IMG/VR virus record: IMGVR_UViG_3300007351_000277
Coordinates: 1-64,000 of that record
Direction: 5' to 3' (one strand)
DNA from: a virus
DNA: 64,000 bases
This document shows positions 26,017 to 34,566 of this stretch, piece by piece. Under the pieces are notes generated by a model. The model did not search any database. It saw nothing but the letters and a program-made list of their open reading frames with translations, and was not told the DNA's origin. Numbering within the stretch: position 1 is the first letter of the stretch; each line of letters begins with the position of its first letter. Both the position numbers and the translations under genes were made by a program.

Positions 26017-27104
26017 TCCCACTTTTGAAACCGTCTTGTTCTGAACAGGAAATAGCAAACGTCACGGACGTGTTGCGTTCCGGTTGGTGGGGTATGGGAC
26101 CGAAGTGCGAGGAATTCGAGCAGAAACTGGCTGAACGGTACGAACGTAAGCATTGCGTGACGGTCAACAGCGCCACAGCAGCGTTGCACCTGGCACTGAA
26201 GGCTCACGGTATAGGACCAGGCGATGAGGTTATCCTGCCTGCCCTCACCTTTGTGAGCACGGCATTGGCGGTGGAATACTGTGGGGCCAAGCCGGTGTTT
26301 GCAGACGTGAGTCCCAAGACCCTTTGTATTGACTGGGATAGTGTTGGCGAGTGTTGCAGTGTTCGCACAGCAGCGGTGATCCCGGTTGATTATGCTGGGT
26401 ATCCAGCGATGGAAGGTGAGCCAGATAGCGTGCTGATTGTTCAGGACGCTGCACATTCCTGTGGTGGCATTGGGTATGGCGACTTGATCTGCCTTTCGTT
26501 TCATCCCGTGAAGCCATTGGCCACTGGCGATGGTGGTGCCATTCTAACTGATAACGACGAAGAAGCAGAGCGACTGCGATCCCTACGGTGGTGTGGAATT
26601 GATAAGAGCACGTGGGAAAGAGCCAGGCAGAAATATGGGTGGGATTATTCCATCCAAGCGATTGGCTACAAGTATCACTGGAATGACCTTCAGGCTGCGA
26701 TTGGCCTTGCACAGTTGGAACGCCTTGATGAGATGACCGAAAGGCGACGCCAGATCGCTACGTGCTACACAGCAGCGTTCAAGCCACTGGAAGGCCGAGG
26801 ATTGATTCAGTGTCCTGCGGTGCATGATCGCCATACCTGGCACCTGTACGTAATCAGGGTAGATGCTGATGCTCGTAATCAGCTTATCGACCACTTGACG
26901 AATCAGGGGATATCGGCAGGCGTGCACTACAAGCCACTGACGCATTATCGTATGTGGCAGGGGCAGCGAGGCAACTTACCGGTGACCGAACGGGAATGGC
27001 AGAGGATGGTGTCGTTGCCCATATACCCGGACATGACAGAGGAAGAGCAACTAAGGGTAATCAATGCAGTTAGAGAGTTCTTTGAGCAACGTCAATACGC
27101 CTGA
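26013..27104 (+). CDS. DegT/DnrJ/EryC1-family PLP-dependent sugar aminotransferase
   Basis: IPLLKPSCSEQEIANVTDVLRSGWWGMGPKCEEFE...; PLP-lysine context SFHPVKPLATGDGG. Confidence 0.9.
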   Translation: MIPLLKPSCSEQEIANVTDVLRSGWWGMGPKCEEFEQKLAERYERKHCVTVNSATAALHLALKAHGIGPGDEVILPALTFVSTALAVEYCGAKPVFADVSPKTLCIDWDSVGECCSVRTAAVIPVDYAGYPAMEGEPDSVLIVQDAAHSCGGIGYGDLICLSFHPVKPLATGDGGAILTDNDEEAERLRSLRWCGIDKSTWERARQKYGWDYSIQAIGYKYHWNDLQAAIGLAQLERLDEMTERRRQIATCYTAAFKPLEGRGLIQCPAVHDRHTWHLYVIRVDADARNQLIDHLTNQGISAGVHYKPLTHYRMWQGQRGNLPVTEREWQRMVSLPIYPDMTEEEQLRVINAVREFFEQRQYA

Positions 27105-27633
27105 ATTTTGGGATACGCAGTACAGCACAACCGAGCCATCTAGCTACATTGGCTGGACGTCACTGGTGTTACGTGTAGCCAAGAGATGCACGCAGGGTCC
27201 TCTCGTGGTGGATTTTGGCTGTGGCCACAGTGCATTCCATTACTCACTACACGAAGCCATGCCATGCACCTTAATCGGGATCGACTTCTCGGAAACAGTG
27301 CAACAGTATAACCGGGGTATCTTCCCTGATGATTTGTGGCTGGTGCGTGATGTTTGCGATACCAGGCTGGCCAGCGCTATAGCGGACATGGTGGTGAGCC
27401 ATGCGGTTGCAGAGCACCTTAACGATCCAGAGCATCTGGTTGCTGAGATGTGGCGAGTGCTGAGACCTGGGGGGATGTTCTTGTTGGGGATACCCCTTCA
27501 GTCCGTTCGTCCTGACCACGTTAAGCTATACGAGTGGAAGGATGTGCTGGCATTGGTTCAATCATATGGTGGTCTGCTAGAAACAGTACAGATATCCCGC
27601 AGGGCCTATGTCATGCTGAGGAAGGGGGATTAG
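27064..27633 (+). CDS. class I SAM-dependent methyltransferase
   Basis: VVDFGCGHS motif I, then DMVVSHAVAEHL and LRPGGMFLLG. Confidence 0.75.
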   Translation: MQLESSLSNVNTPEFWDTQYSTTEPSSYIGWTSLVLRVAKRCTQGPLVVDFGCGHSAFHYSLHEAMPCTLIGIDFSETVQQYNRGIFPDDLWLVRDVCDTRLASAIADMVVSHAVAEHLNDPEHLVAEMWRVLRPGGMFLLGIPLQSVRPDHVKLYEWKDVLALVQSYGGLLETVQISRRAYVMLRKGD

Positions 27634-27634
27634 G

Positions 27635-28657
27635 TTGGCAACGCCACTGTACGACTCACTGCATGGTCTGTTTGCCGCCTCAGACCAAAAGTGTCACGAG
27701 ATGGTGCAGGGGCTTACCCCTCGGATTCTACGGATAGGGTCACACTATAACCATCCGTATCGTGTCTTGCCCCTACCATTCCCTGGCGAAGTGCATACGC
27801 TAGACATTGTGCCTGAGACATTTGTAGAGCACCACCAGCTTTACCCAAGCGATATTCTGGTAGAGGGCGACATTCGTGATATCCCGTATCCTGCTCACCA
27901 CTTCGACTTTGTATTCGAGCTATCCACCATCGACCATATTCATCAGAAGTGGGTACCGTTGGCGCTGGACAACATATGTCGGGTTTTGAAGCCAGCAGGG
28001 AAGTCGGTCATCGCCACATGGATTGGGCAGCAAGGATTCCATGGACCTGAATCACCGGCTGCAATTGGCGGGCAATACCACTTTGACTACTCGGTGTTCA
28101 CCGGGGAACTGAAGCAACGATTCAGCGTGGACTCGGAAGAGTTGCTGTACACGGTGGATGGTAACGACTTCTACCTGTTTACTGCCCATAAAGAGAAGCG
28201 TGACGGGGTGGTGATCTATCCTGTAGCAGCTATTGATATGGACTGGATGCGTGAGCTACGCAACCGATTCCGTCATTCTTTCAAGTACAACCAGGAGATA
28301 GGTGAACAGCAGCAGAAAGAGTGGTACCAGAATTACTGGCAACAACCACGTGACGATTATACGGTGTTTGCTGTATGGGCCGGGGATGATCGTATTGGCC
28401 TCACTTCCTACCGACGGTGGGACAGTGAGAGATACGAGCTAGGCAACAACATCATCGATACCCCGTTTCAAGGGCAGGGGTACTTTTCGCAAATCTATCG
28501 AGCAGTGAAGGGCCGGGTGGGGAATGCACCTATGGTAGCAACGGTGCTGAAGGACAACACACACATGATAGACGTGTATCGGCACCTGGGGTTTCGTATG
28601 GCCCCTTATGACGTACCCAATATGGTGTTGATGGTTGAGAGAAAATATGTCAGTTGA
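27635..28657 (+). CDS. methyltransferase-like N domain fused to a GNAT-like acetyltransferase C domain
   Basis: N-terminal part: DIRDIPYPAHHFDFVFELSTIDHI...VLKPAGKSVIA. C-terminal part: FAVWAGDDRIGLTSY...FQGQGYFSQIY...VLKDNTHMIDVYRHLGF. Confidence 0.6.
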   Translation: MATPLYDSLHGLFAASDQKCHEMVQGLTPRILRIGSHYNHPYRVLPLPFPGEVHTLDIVPETFVEHHQLYPSDILVEGDIRDIPYPAHHFDFVFELSTIDHIHQKWVPLALDNICRVLKPAGKSVIATWIGQQGFHGPESPAAIGGQYHFDYSVFTGELKQRFSVDSEELLYTVDGNDFYLFTAHKEKRDGVVIYPVAAIDMDWMRELRNRFRHSFKYNQEIGEQQQKEWYQNYWQQPRDDYTVFAVWAGDDRIGLTSYRRWDSERYELGNNIIDTPFQGQGYFSQIYRAVKGRVGNAPMVATVLKDNTHMIDVYRHLGFRMAPYDVPNMVLMVERKYVS

Positions 28658-29969
28658 CTTGGCGTTAGTGTTCCCGCGCATGAAATATCCCAGTGGTGAC
28701 CCACCGCTGGGGGTGGCGTCTATTGCTGCTTTCGTACGTGAGCAGGGGTACAGAGTGGCGATTGTCGATGCTACATGGCACCCTTCAGAGCAATGGGTGC
28801 TGGATGAAATCGAACGACTGGACCCTGACTTCGTGGGTATCTATACCTCGACGCTGATGCTGAACGATGCTAAGTCAATTGGCAGCAAGATTAAGCTGCG
28901 TAGTGCCATCAGTGGTAGGAAACGCAAGGTAATGATCGGGGGGCCACACTTCTCGGCCATGCCAGATCATGGGGGCGACTTTTCCTACTGCGACGTGGTC
29001 ACGCGTGGTGAGGGCGAGTACACCGTTGTCAACATCATGCGTAGTTACTATGACTTTAACAATCCAGTGGACCTAGCCACATTGCCAGCACCTGCACTGG
29101 ACCTATTGGATATGGATCGCTACATGGATCGGTGGCACTACCTGGACAGCATACAGATGGGTATGCGTGGTACCAACCTGATGGCACACCGCGGTTGTCC
29201 GTTTTGCTGTACCTACTGCCAGCCAACCGTTAACAGGTTGTTTGGGAGCACAATACGTAGTCGAACACCACAACAGGTAGTGGATGAGATGGAAGAGCTA
29301 CACGACCGATATGGGATCGACGGCTTCTTCTTCCATGACGACACTCTGACGATTAAGCATGACTGGCTGGGTGAGTTTCTGAGGCTGCTGGGCCAGATGA
29401 GTTTCTATCCCCTGTGGGGCTGCAATTCGAGAGTCAACACCGTAGATGAGGATTTGTTGTGGGCGATGGTCGTGGGGGGCTGTAGGGCAATCCACTGGGG
29501 CATAGAGGCAGGCAGTCAACGTGTACTGGACGAAATCTATAACAAGGGGATCAAGATTGAGCAAGTACGCCAAACACTCGCGATGTCGCGCCGTTTCCGT
29601 ATCCACAATGGTGGCTTCTTCATCCTGGGGGCACCGGGGGAAACGAGGCAAGAAATGCAAATCACCGTGGACCTTGCGTGCAAACTGCCTTTGGACGAGG
29701 CGTCGTTTAGCATATGTGTCCCGTTGCCCGGTACGACGTTGTACGAGAGGATGGCGTCAGAGGGACGGGTTTTTTCCGGGGACCCTCTGGACTATGACTA
29801 TTACCAACGGCAACCATTCGAGCACGACGTACCGTTGGTGGAGATAAAGGCGCTACAGCGTAAGGCGCTCATACGTTTCTACGGGCAGCGCAAGGGCTAC
29901 CTGTTGCGCCACCTGACCAGTTGGCGTGGCGTTAAGCGACTAGCACAGAAAGTAGGAAGATTCCTATGA
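28647..29969 (+). CDS. B12-binding-domain radical SAM enzyme 1
   Basis: Track ORF is 28635..29969. N-terminal Rossmann/B12-like pattern LALVFP...PPLGVASIAAFVREQGYRVAIVDA. Cluster motif RGCPFCCTYC. GGFFILGAPGET. Confidence 0.9.
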   Translation: MSVDLALVFPRMKYPSGDPPLGVASIAAFVREQGYRVAIVDATWHPSEQWVLDEIERLDPDFVGIYTSTLMLNDAKSIGSKIKLRSAISGRKRKVMIGGPHFSAMPDHGGDFSYCDVVTRGEGEYTVVNIMRSYYDFNNPVDLATLPAPALDLLDMDRYMDRWHYLDSIQMGMRGTNLMAHRGCPFCCTYCQPTVNRLFGSTIRSRTPQQVVDEMEELHDRYGIDGFFFHDDTLTIKHDWLGEFLRLLGQMSFYPLWGCNSRVNTVDEDLLWAMVVGGCRAIHWGIEAGSQRVLDEIYNKGIKIEQVRQTLAMSRRFRIHNGGFFILGAPGETRQEMQITVDLACKLPLDEASFSICVPLPGTTLYERMASEGRVFSGDPLDYDYYQRQPFEHDVPLVEIKALQRKALIRFYGQRKGYLLRHLTSWRGVKRLAQKVGRFL

Positions 29970-30181
29970 CAGATGATACCAAGCGACCAAACACATGGGA
30001 TCGTTGCAAGTTACAGCCAGGGACACCGTTCAAGGTATATTCGCCACCGCCAGTAACGATTTATGGTGAAGATGGACTTGCTATCCTTTGCGACTTGGTA
30101 CGAGGGGCATGGGCGAGGGGTTGTGACTTCCAGATCGATGCAAACATTATTGTGTTCACGAGGAATAAGGTTGAACGGTAG
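29966..30181 (+). CDS. small hypothetical protein (71 aa) between rSAM genes
   Basis: ATG overlaps the preceding stop. No motif. It overlaps the maximal ORF of the next gene. Confidence 0.35.
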   Translation: MTDDTKRPNTWDRCKLQPGTPFKVYSPPPVTIYGEDGLAILCDLVRGAWARGCDFQIDANIIVFTRNKVER

Positions 30182-31553
30182 GCAGCAAATCCTGTTTGTC
30201 AACCCACCATCACCCGATCCGTCTGCTCTCGACCTGGGCCTAACGTATCTGGCGACCTATATCAATGAAACGACGGGCCACAGAGCACGTATTCTGGACC
30301 TGGTGTGGCACCGACGGGACTGGCGCCAGGCACTGGCCAATGAACTAAGTACGGTGCGACCGGATTGGGTGGGCATCAGTACCAACAAGCTGTACCTACC
30401 TTATGTCCGTGATATCACGAAGGAATGTCACCAGCAGGGATACGATGTGGTGATTGGTGGGCACCAGGCATCGGTGGACCCCACGGGTTCTCTGGCCTTT
30501 ACGGGTGCGGATGCCTGCTGTACGGGCGATGGCGAGACTTCCTTTGTCCCCATGTTGAATGGAAGCCAGGAACGCCAGGAACAGCGGGTATGGCGAGGTT
30601 CGTTCATACGCGATCTGGACTCACTACCGGTACCGGACTTCTCGCTGTGGAAGCATCTTGATCGGTACTACTACCTGCTGGGTAGCCAGTATATGATCGG
30701 TAGTCGGGGATGTCCTTATCGGTGTTCCTTCTGTGACGCCCACGAGATCGCGGGGAAGGTAGGTGGACGCTACTTTCGTATCATGGGACCCGATCGATAC
30801 GCTCATGTGCTAGCTGAACTAAAGGTCCAGCACAACGTACCGATGTTCCAGTTGTTTGACCCGGTGTTCACCATCGACCCACAGTGGGTACGGGACTTCG
30901 CCGCGTCCTACTCTGTATTGGCCAAGCGCACACCCTACTCGGTGTTTGCTCGCATAGACCAACTGGACGAGAAGCGTGTTATTGCGCTGGCGTCGTCAGG
31001 ATGCAAAGTAGTGCGTGTCGGTATCGAGGCGGGCAACGACTATATCCGTAACAGCGTTTACGGTAAACACCTGGGGAAAGACAAGATACGTAAGGTCGTC
31101 AGCCTTTGCAAGCGTTACCGATTGGCCATGACGGGCTACTTTATTTTGGGTGGACCCAGCGAGACATCATCGACGGTGGAAGAAACGATTGCGTTTGCCC
31201 GCGAGCTGAACATAGCCCGAACGGTATTTTTCGTCTACAAGGTACTGACTAACGAGGGGCGCTGCCAGATGCGTAACGCGGGGGCTAAACTCTATGAGGA
31301 ACGATCGGATAACATCACCTTCGGGGCAGTGGCAGACCTGCCCGGACTTCCTGCCTGGCGCACCGAGCTTTACCAGAAGCAGGCATATGCGCTGACGTTC
31401 AGTAATCGATTGGCAAGGCTTCTTCGTGCACAGGGGCCAGGGTACGCTTTTCGTTTTGTCCAGTATATGGCAAAGGGCATAATGTGGGGCATTTCGCCCA
31501 AATATCTAATCCCGTACTTCAACGTGTACGGTGGACCCAACTCTCGGATGTGA
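30171..31553 (+). CDS. B12-binding-domain radical SAM enzyme 2
   Basis: Track ORF is 30063..31553. In-frame TTG 30171 follows AGGAATAAGG, and ATG 30138 is an alternative. Motifs: ILFVNPPSP...LGLTYLATYI...ARILDL; cluster motif RGCPYRCSFC; GYFILGGPSET. Confidence 0.9.
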   Translation: MNGRQQILFVNPPSPDPSALDLGLTYLATYINETTGHRARILDLVWHRRDWRQALANELSTVRPDWVGISTNKLYLPYVRDITKECHQQGYDVVIGGHQASVDPTGSLAFTGADACCTGDGETSFVPMLNGSQERQEQRVWRGSFIRDLDSLPVPDFSLWKHLDRYYYLLGSQYMIGSRGCPYRCSFCDAHEIAGKVGGRYFRIMGPDRYAHVLAELKVQHNVPMFQLFDPVFTIDPQWVRDFAASYSVLAKRTPYSVFARIDQLDEKRVIALASSGCKVVRVGIEAGNDYIRNSVYGKHLGKDKIRKVVSLCKRYRLAMTGYFILGGPSETSSTVEETIAFARELNIARTVFFVYKVLTNEGRCQMRNAGAKLYEERSDNITFGAVADLPGLPAWRTELYQKQAYALTFSNRLARLLRAQGPGYAFRFVQYMAKGIMWGISPKYLIPYFNVYGGPNSRM

Positions 31554-31563
31554 GGATTAGTAG

Positions 31564-32769
31564 TTGAAGGTAGCGTTGATTCACCCCGGTAGCCCGTTCT
31601 TGATAGACTCGGCAGTTCATCCCCCCCTTGGCCTGTGGTACCTGGGGGCAGTGCTCAAGCAGCACTGCCATGAGGTAGTCTACGTGGACCTGGGGATGAA
31701 CGATACCTGGCCCAACGATGCTGACCTGTATGGCATAACGGGCACCACGCCACAATTGGACTCGATGGAACGGACTATCAACTTCCTGACCATGCAGGGC
31801 AAGGTAGTGATGGGGGGGGGGCCTCACGCTACCGTTTGCCCCAACGAGCTACTGAACATGGGGGCGTCGTTCGTGGTACAGGGGGAAGGCGAATATATCC
31901 TACGTGACATGGCTCACAACCCTTTTGCCAACTATCCGAACCAAGTTTTCAGGGCGCCTCGTATCGAGGATTTGGACAGTCTACCCTTCCCTGATCGAGA
32001 ACAGGTGTCCCGATACACCTATTACATACCCGACCGGCATGGGAACAAACATGGGGCCACGACCATGATTACGAGTCGTGGGTGCAGCCACCACTGCTCG
32101 TTTTGTTCCCATGCTGTGTGGGGGAAGTTCTATCGGGAACGCTCAGCAGAGAACGTCCTGGGGGAAGTGCGTCACATAAAGGACTTGGGCTACGATGCCG
32201 TGCATTTCTTTGACGATTCCATGTGCATTAACACCAAGCGATTGCTGGCCATCTGCGATGGTATCAAGCAGTTGGGCATGATATGGCGCTGTTTCGTTCG
32301 GGCTGACCAGGTAACACCGAGGATACTCAAGGCGATGGCCAACGCAGGCTGTGTGGAAATTGGTATCGGGATAGAGTCGGGTAGCCAGAAGGTGCTAGAT
32401 GCTATTCATAAGGGCGAGACGGTAGAGATGCAGGCCATCGCTATCGAGTGGGCACGATATGCGGGAATACGCAGCAAGGCATTTGTGATAATCGGCCTTC
32501 CGGGTGAGGACTGGCAGTCGGTGGACGACACCATAGCGTTTCTGAAGCAAACACGACCGGACGAACTGGACGTAACGACCCTTCAGATCATGCCAGGAAG
32601 TCCTATCTATGGCGACCCTACCACGTTTGGCATCACCCGTAACCAGATGGCTACCTGGTACAAGGGCAGACGTGGCGAGTACGTGGTCAACCACCGCACC
32701 GAGGCATTGGACGCCGATGACCTACTGGTCGCCAGGGACTATATTGACGCACGCTTCCGTAAAAGGTGA
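31564..32769 (+). CDS. B12-binding-domain radical SAM enzyme 3
   Basis: VALIHPGSP...PPLGLWYLGAVLKQHCHEVVYVDL; cluster motif RGCSHHCSFC; AFVIIGLPGED. Confidence 0.9.
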   Translation: MKVALIHPGSPFLIDSAVHPPLGLWYLGAVLKQHCHEVVYVDLGMNDTWPNDADLYGITGTTPQLDSMERTINFLTMQGKVVMGGGPHATVCPNELLNMGASFVVQGEGEYILRDMAHNPFANYPNQVFRAPRIEDLDSLPFPDREQVSRYTYYIPDRHGNKHGATTMITSRGCSHHCSFCSHAVWGKFYRERSAENVLGEVRHIKDLGYDAVHFFDDSMCINTKRLLAICDGIKQLGMIWRCFVRADQVTPRILKAMANAGCVEIGIGIESGSQKVLDAIHKGETVEMQAIAIEWARYAGIRSKAFVIIGLPGEDWQSVDDTIAFLKQTRPDELDVTTLQIMPGSPIYGDPTTFGITRNQMATWYKGRRGEYVVNHRTEALDADDLLVARDYIDARFRKR

Positions 32770-32807
32770 CTATCCTATAAACAGCAAGCGAAACAGGGGG
32801 TGCGAAA

Positions 32808-33179
32808 GTGCCTAAAGTTCATGGGTATGAGTCGATTCGCCGGGACCATCTAGGCAAAATAGACATCGAGATGGTCCTGGCAGCGAAACTCAACAAGGAC
32901 AACACCGTAAGTGAGTTGGTGACCTGTACACCTGCAGATACGGACGTGGCCGCTGCTGCGCCTATGCCAGAGGGGACCAAGTATGTTTCGGTCTATTGTG
33001 CGTCCGCTTATGTGGTGGCGATGGGGGAACCAACATCCACGACGATAGGGATCGGTCTGGGTGCAGGTCAGGCTACTACATTTCCAGTAGATCGTACTGG
33101 TGTAGCTGCACACGATACCCCCCATGTTCAGAGTCCCACCGATGGTGCGGTGGTACGGATTACCTATCATAAGGGATGA
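32808..33179 (+). CDS. hypothetical protein
   Basis: 123-aa ORF with a GTG start after CAGGGGG. Confidence 0.5.
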   Translation: MPKVHGYESIRRDHLGKIDIEMVLAAKLNKDNTVSELVTCTPADTDVAAAAPMPEGTKYVSVYCASAYVVAMGEPTSTTIGIGLGAGQATTFPVDRTGVAAHDTPHVQSPTDGAVVRITYHKG

Positions 33180-33195
33180 GAAGGGGGTGAACTAA

Positions 33196-33636
33196 ATGGC
33201 AGTTACAGGAAAACTCTACGGACAGTTCTTAAAGCTGGCACTTAACAAAGAGATTGATTGGGATAGTGACCTGATCAAGGTGCAACTACACACCAGCAGT
33301 TATACCCCGGACCAGGACGCTCACGACTATGCCGACGATGCTACCAACGAGGTAGCATCGGGTAACGGCTATGTGCCCGGTGGTGCCACACTTGGCAATA
33401 AGTCTATCACCTATACAGCAGACGGTAACATCATCAAACTGGACGCTGACGATGTAGAATGGCCATCAAGTACCATCACAGCGCGTACGGCTGTAGTGGT
33501 GGACGCTGCAACGGGCGGAGCAACGACCAACCCACTCATTTGCTATCAGCAAAGCGATAGCGATATCGCATCTTCCAACGGAACCTTCACCGTGGAATGG
33601 AACGCATCCGGTATCGTTTCCATAACGGTATCGTAA
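33196..33636 (+). CDS. hypothetical structural protein
   Basis: 146 aa, RBS AAGGGGGTG. The beta-rich composition (GNGYVPGGATLGNKSITYTADGNIIKLDADDVEW) is reminiscent of virion surface proteins. Confidence 0.55.
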   Translation: MAVTGKLYGQFLKLALNKEIDWDSDLIKVQLHTSSYTPDQDAHDYADDATNEVASGNGYVPGGATLGNKSITYTADGNIIKLDADDVEWPSSTITARTAVVVDAATGGATTNPLICYQQSDSDIASSNGTFTVEWNASGIVSITVS

Positions 33637-33650
33637 GGACGGGAAGAAAA

Positions 33651-34016
33651 ATGAGTATCCTGACAAATATCAAAAACTGGTTCATTGAGGCCCCTGTGCC
33701 TACCCCCATCGTGGCACCATCGATTGCCCCGGACATAGCAACAGCCACGGGAAAGTTAAGCGACGCCACGATAGCTACCATTAAGCTGTTTAAGCTACTC
33801 GAAGTCGAGGGCGCTCTTCGCATCATCACTGCCAAGCCTGATCCCAAGGGTGCCATGTATCCCGATACTGATAGTCGGCATTTCGTCATCCATAAGGTGG
33901 TAGCTATCGATGGACCAGACCAATTCGGTAACCTACATGCGGTTTCTGCAGAGGGGGATTGGTGCGATGGTAAGCCTACCGCGTTGCTGCGTAGGTTACA
34001 GGAATGGGCACGATAA
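33651..34016 (+). CDS. hypothetical protein
   Basis: Track ORF is 33597..34016. I moved the start to ATG 33651 after GGACGGGAAG. Confidence 0.5.
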   Translation: MSILTNIKNWFIEAPVPTPIVAPSIAPDIATATGKLSDATIATIKLFKLLEVEGALRIITAKPDPKGAMYPDTDSRHFVIHKVVAIDGPDQFGNLHAVSAEGDWCDGKPTALLRRLQEWAR

Positions 34017-34018
34017 CA

Positions 34019-34042
34019 CCATTGTGCTGGCCAGCACAATGG
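34019..34042. repeat. perfect 24-nt palindrome CCATTGTGCTGG/CCAGCACAATGG
   Basis: Read directly. It begins 3 nt after the stop at 34016 and has no T-run. It could be a hairpin or a protein-binding site. Confidence 0.4.
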
Positions 34043-34061
34043 GAATAAAGGACATAATACG

Positions 34062-34271
34062 GTGGCACACCCTATATGCAAACGCATCACGATGTTGATG
34101 CAACACCATGATGGTAGCCCTATAGAGTACCGGAATGGTTGGTACATTCGCAACTGGACGGTATTTGGACGATGGCTGGCAACGCAACGTCGTCCAAATT
34201 GCAACGACGGATATATCATGTGTGACGTTCTGCGAGCGTTAGTGAAAAGAGGTAAGGTTGACTGCCATTGA
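34062..34271 (+). CDS. hypothetical protein
   Basis: 69-aa ORF with no motif. Weak call. Confidence 0.3.
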   Translation: MAHPICKRITMLMQHHDGSPIEYRNGWYIRNWTVFGRWLATQRRPNCNDGYIMCDVLRALVKRGKVDCH

Positions 34272-34566
34272 GGTTTTCGTACTGAGTATATGGCTCATTA
34301 TCAACCTAGGTACAGCGGACATAGATGTTACGCAGGTCATTGCCAATGATTCGGGATTCACCTATACGTTCACGACCACAATATCGGCAGGGGGATCGGT
34401 AGAAATACGGGTACGAGACATTGAAGCTATCCCCAGTAATTTTCAGGGGCATTTGACACTATCAGCTCGCAAGCCATTCACCGCGTATTTGCTGGACCCT
34501 GAGTATATCAGCAGCCCCGCACCCGTCTGGCGCTGCAAATGGCATCTGTGTGGGGGGGGCTGGTGA
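34258..34566 (+). CDS. hypothetical protein
   Basis: 102-aa ORF with a TTG start and a hydrophobic N terminus. Confidence 0.4.
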   Translation: MTAIEVFVLSIWLIINLGTADIDVTQVIANDSGFTYTFTTTISAGGSVEIRVRDIEAIPSNFQGHLTLSARKPFTAYLLDPEYISSPAPVWRCKWHLCGGGW

